Source: Octopus sinensis
Taxonomy: Eukaryota
Assembly: GCF_006345805.1 (NCBI RefSeq)
Contig: NC_043005.1
Location: forward strand, 92,070,001-92,134,000
Length of the DNA: 64,000 nucleotides
Reading direction: 5' to 3'
Numbering within the stretch: position 1 is the stretch's first letter; each line of letters starts with the position of its first letter. Below, piece by piece: positions 61,557 to 64,000 of the stretch. The notes beneath the pieces were generated by a model. That model worked only from the letters and a program-made list of their open reading frames with translations, ran no database searches and was not told the origin of the DNA. Both the position numbers and the translations under genes were made by a program.

Positions 61557-62597
61557 TGGGGAAATCTATTGTTAGGTTACGCTGTTATTTTTGCTTTAAA
61601 GCAGAGAATTTTATAATTAATTAAGCCAAAATTAATATAGTAATATGGAATGTTCGTGATCTGTTTATCACAGGAATTATTTTTACCAGGAATTTGCATA
61701 GAATTGAAATTATTTTTCTAAACATATCTTTGGTTTAACATTAAGGATAATTCAGAGGCTGTGAACTGCATATTGAATACGAAAATACTATTATGGAGTA
61801 ATTGGGAAAATATATTTCAAGTGAGTTGTAAAAATTATTAAAAGAATAACATTTTAGAGAAATTTTATAATCTTCTATAGAATTTATTTTAACTCAAATG
61901 AAAGCAATAAAAATTCCTATGTAGTGCTCCAGCACTGTACAGGTGGTGCACAAACATTGCCACAGCTGCAAGACTGAAATGCATTAAAAACAAAAATAAA
62001 ACGAGTAGTTATATATTTCTTTAAAATCTTCTTAGATACAGAGTGTGTTTTTTCATTTATTTATGTTCATGTTTCTTCTGTTTTTCTAATAACAATGTCT
62101 TTTCTTACACGTACAAACACGCATGTGTGTATGTTTGTAAATATGTATGCATGTGAGTACATGTATGATAAACAGACAATAATCTGATTGCTCTGCGTTG
62201 GCAAGAATTGAAAAAAATATGGAAAAAAGTGAAAGGGGTACAGTGAACTTGCTGTGAGGAATGGAATATCCAATGTTTCAGATTCAATTCTTCATCAGAA
62301 GGCAGAGAAAAAAAAGAAGGAAAGGGGAAAAATGTCAAACGGAATTCACATCCTCTCAGCTTGAAAAACTGGCTGCAACAGAGTATATGTATGTGTGAGT
62401 TATTCCAGGCAGGTATCTTGTGAGTGAAAATTTTAAAAAGTAATGGTGCAGGAGTCTATTGTACATATATACAAGTGTGTGTATGTATGTATAATTTTAA
62501 TCCAAACGGGAAAACAGAAAAAACAACACGTGGAACAATTACAGTATTATTATTAATAGGCGCTCAGGAAAGATGATATATATAATATATATATATA

Positions 62598-62639
<42 letters not shown>

Positions 62640-62806
62640 AGAATAAATGTTTTATATATAAAGAACGTGAAATACAGGAAGGGACAAACACGGAACACAG
62701 ACAAATCATTCGAAGCCTTCAATCTTCAGTCAGACACCGAATCATCATAGCAAATTTCGGCTGTTCAATTGTGTGTGTGTGTGTGTGAGTGTGTGTGTGT
62801 GTGTGA

Positions 62807-62886
<80 letters not shown>

Positions 62887-63167
62887 ATGTATATATATAT
62901 ATGTGTGTGTATGTGTGTATACATATATATATATTATGTATTATCAAGACAGTTTAATTATATATTAACTAAATTTGACTGAAACTGATGGGTGAGCGTT
63001 TGGCCAATCAGATTTGCAAGGAGCCATGAAAGAGTCAATTTGTGAGTTCAATTCAGCCTGAGATTAGCTCATCATTTTTCAGTCATTTGTTTATATTTAA
63101 AAATTGTTGCTTCAAATCAGACAATAAGTATCATTATGATATATATTATATATAGAGTTATTATATG

Positions 63168-63205
<38 letters not shown>

Positions 63206-63207
<2 letters not shown>

Positions 63208-64000
63208 TAAGGTAATCGAGGTAGTCAGAGTAAGTGACAGAATAATTAAAATTAGATTAGTCCTTCACCATAGGACAGCTACCATCATCTCGGCATATGC
63301 CCCTCAACCAGGGCTACCGGAAGGACAAAAAGACCAATTCTATGACACCCTATTGCGGACTACCTCATTGACAAATGACAGTGACCTTCTCTTCGTGGCA
63401 GGTGATTTCAATGGACATGTTGGACGACATGTCGGGGGCTTCCATGGCGTCCATGGAGGCTACGGTTTTGGCTCTCGTAATGAGGAGGGAACCAGGCTGC
63501 TGGAGTTCTGCGATGCAAATGACCTTATGGTCTGCAATACCAACTTCAGGAATCCCACCTCTCACCTAGTCACCTACCGTTCTGGCAGACACACCAGCCA
63601 GATTGACTACATCCTTGCCAGAAAAAGGGAAAGAGGGCTGATTATAAATGCCAAAACCTTTCCAGGCGAAGAATGTACTCCCCAACATAGATTAGTGGTT
63701 AGCGACTTCAGGATCAGAGCTAAATGGTTGCCCAGAAGAAGACCAGCTTGGAGGAGAAGGGTCTGGAAGCTTAAACATCCTGCAAATGGACAGAGATTTA
63801 GAGACATACTACTCGAGGCCTTTGACGAAATAGAAGGGGATATAGCTTCACTAAATGTGGAAGACAACTGGAGATTCCTACGGGACAATCTGCTGACAGC
63901 CACTGACCAGATCTGTGGATGGAGCAAAGTACCATCTCGACCCAGAGTAACATGGTGGTGGAACACTGTGGTTGACAAGGCTATTAGACAAAAGAGACAG
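63206..64000 (+). mobile_element. RTE-clade LINE, AP-endonuclease region; open for 265 codons, runs off the window
   Basis: SAYAPQ, AGDFNGHVG, GFGSRNEEG.RLLEFC, SQIDYIL, QHRLVVSDF, VTWWWN; starts abruptly after (TA)n. Confidence 0.9.

Noticed and set aside
62266-62302. Minus-strand CUGAUGA-AGA..UCU-GAAA-CAUUG, and similar decayed motifs near 32270, 47860-47895 and 62705-62735
   Set aside because: No valid NUH triplet or stem I; the 62266 motif is counted only as a weak remnant and none is listed as a feature.

Overview
AT-rich, microsatellite- and SINE-dense eukaryotic DNA, most likely from an octopus; this is inferred from the tRNA-derived SINE families and RTE/Penelope content, not from a database match. 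One intact host gene is present: a 10-exon SLC22 (organic cation/carnitine transporter, Orct-like) on the + strand. I assembled it by hand as 26265-26455, 38480-38696, 44660-44763, 46541-46695, 48084-48252, 49695-49913, 51407-51630, 56949-57130, 60129-60280 and 61526-61556 (1644 nt, 547 aa, all GT-AG introns, phases consistent). The rest is transposon-derived: three SINE-type families, two Hero-like RLE LINEs, RTE, L1/Tx1 and R4/Dong-like fragments, mariner and Helitron remnants, a MITE, and three Penelope-like GIY-YIG cassettes, each bracketed by inverted repeats. The most striking signal is not in the ORF track: about a dozen hammerhead-ribozyme motifs (CUGANGA...GAAA...UH) with largely unrelated stems. 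Four look foldable (16640, 19601, 28611, 43823). Two of these lie in sense orientation inside SLC22 introns, and one has an immediately upstream inverted copy able to sequester it. The introns also hold three near-perfect fold-back palindromes of 360-470 bp. SINE and fragment boundaries are approximate; ribozyme folds were read by eye and are untested.
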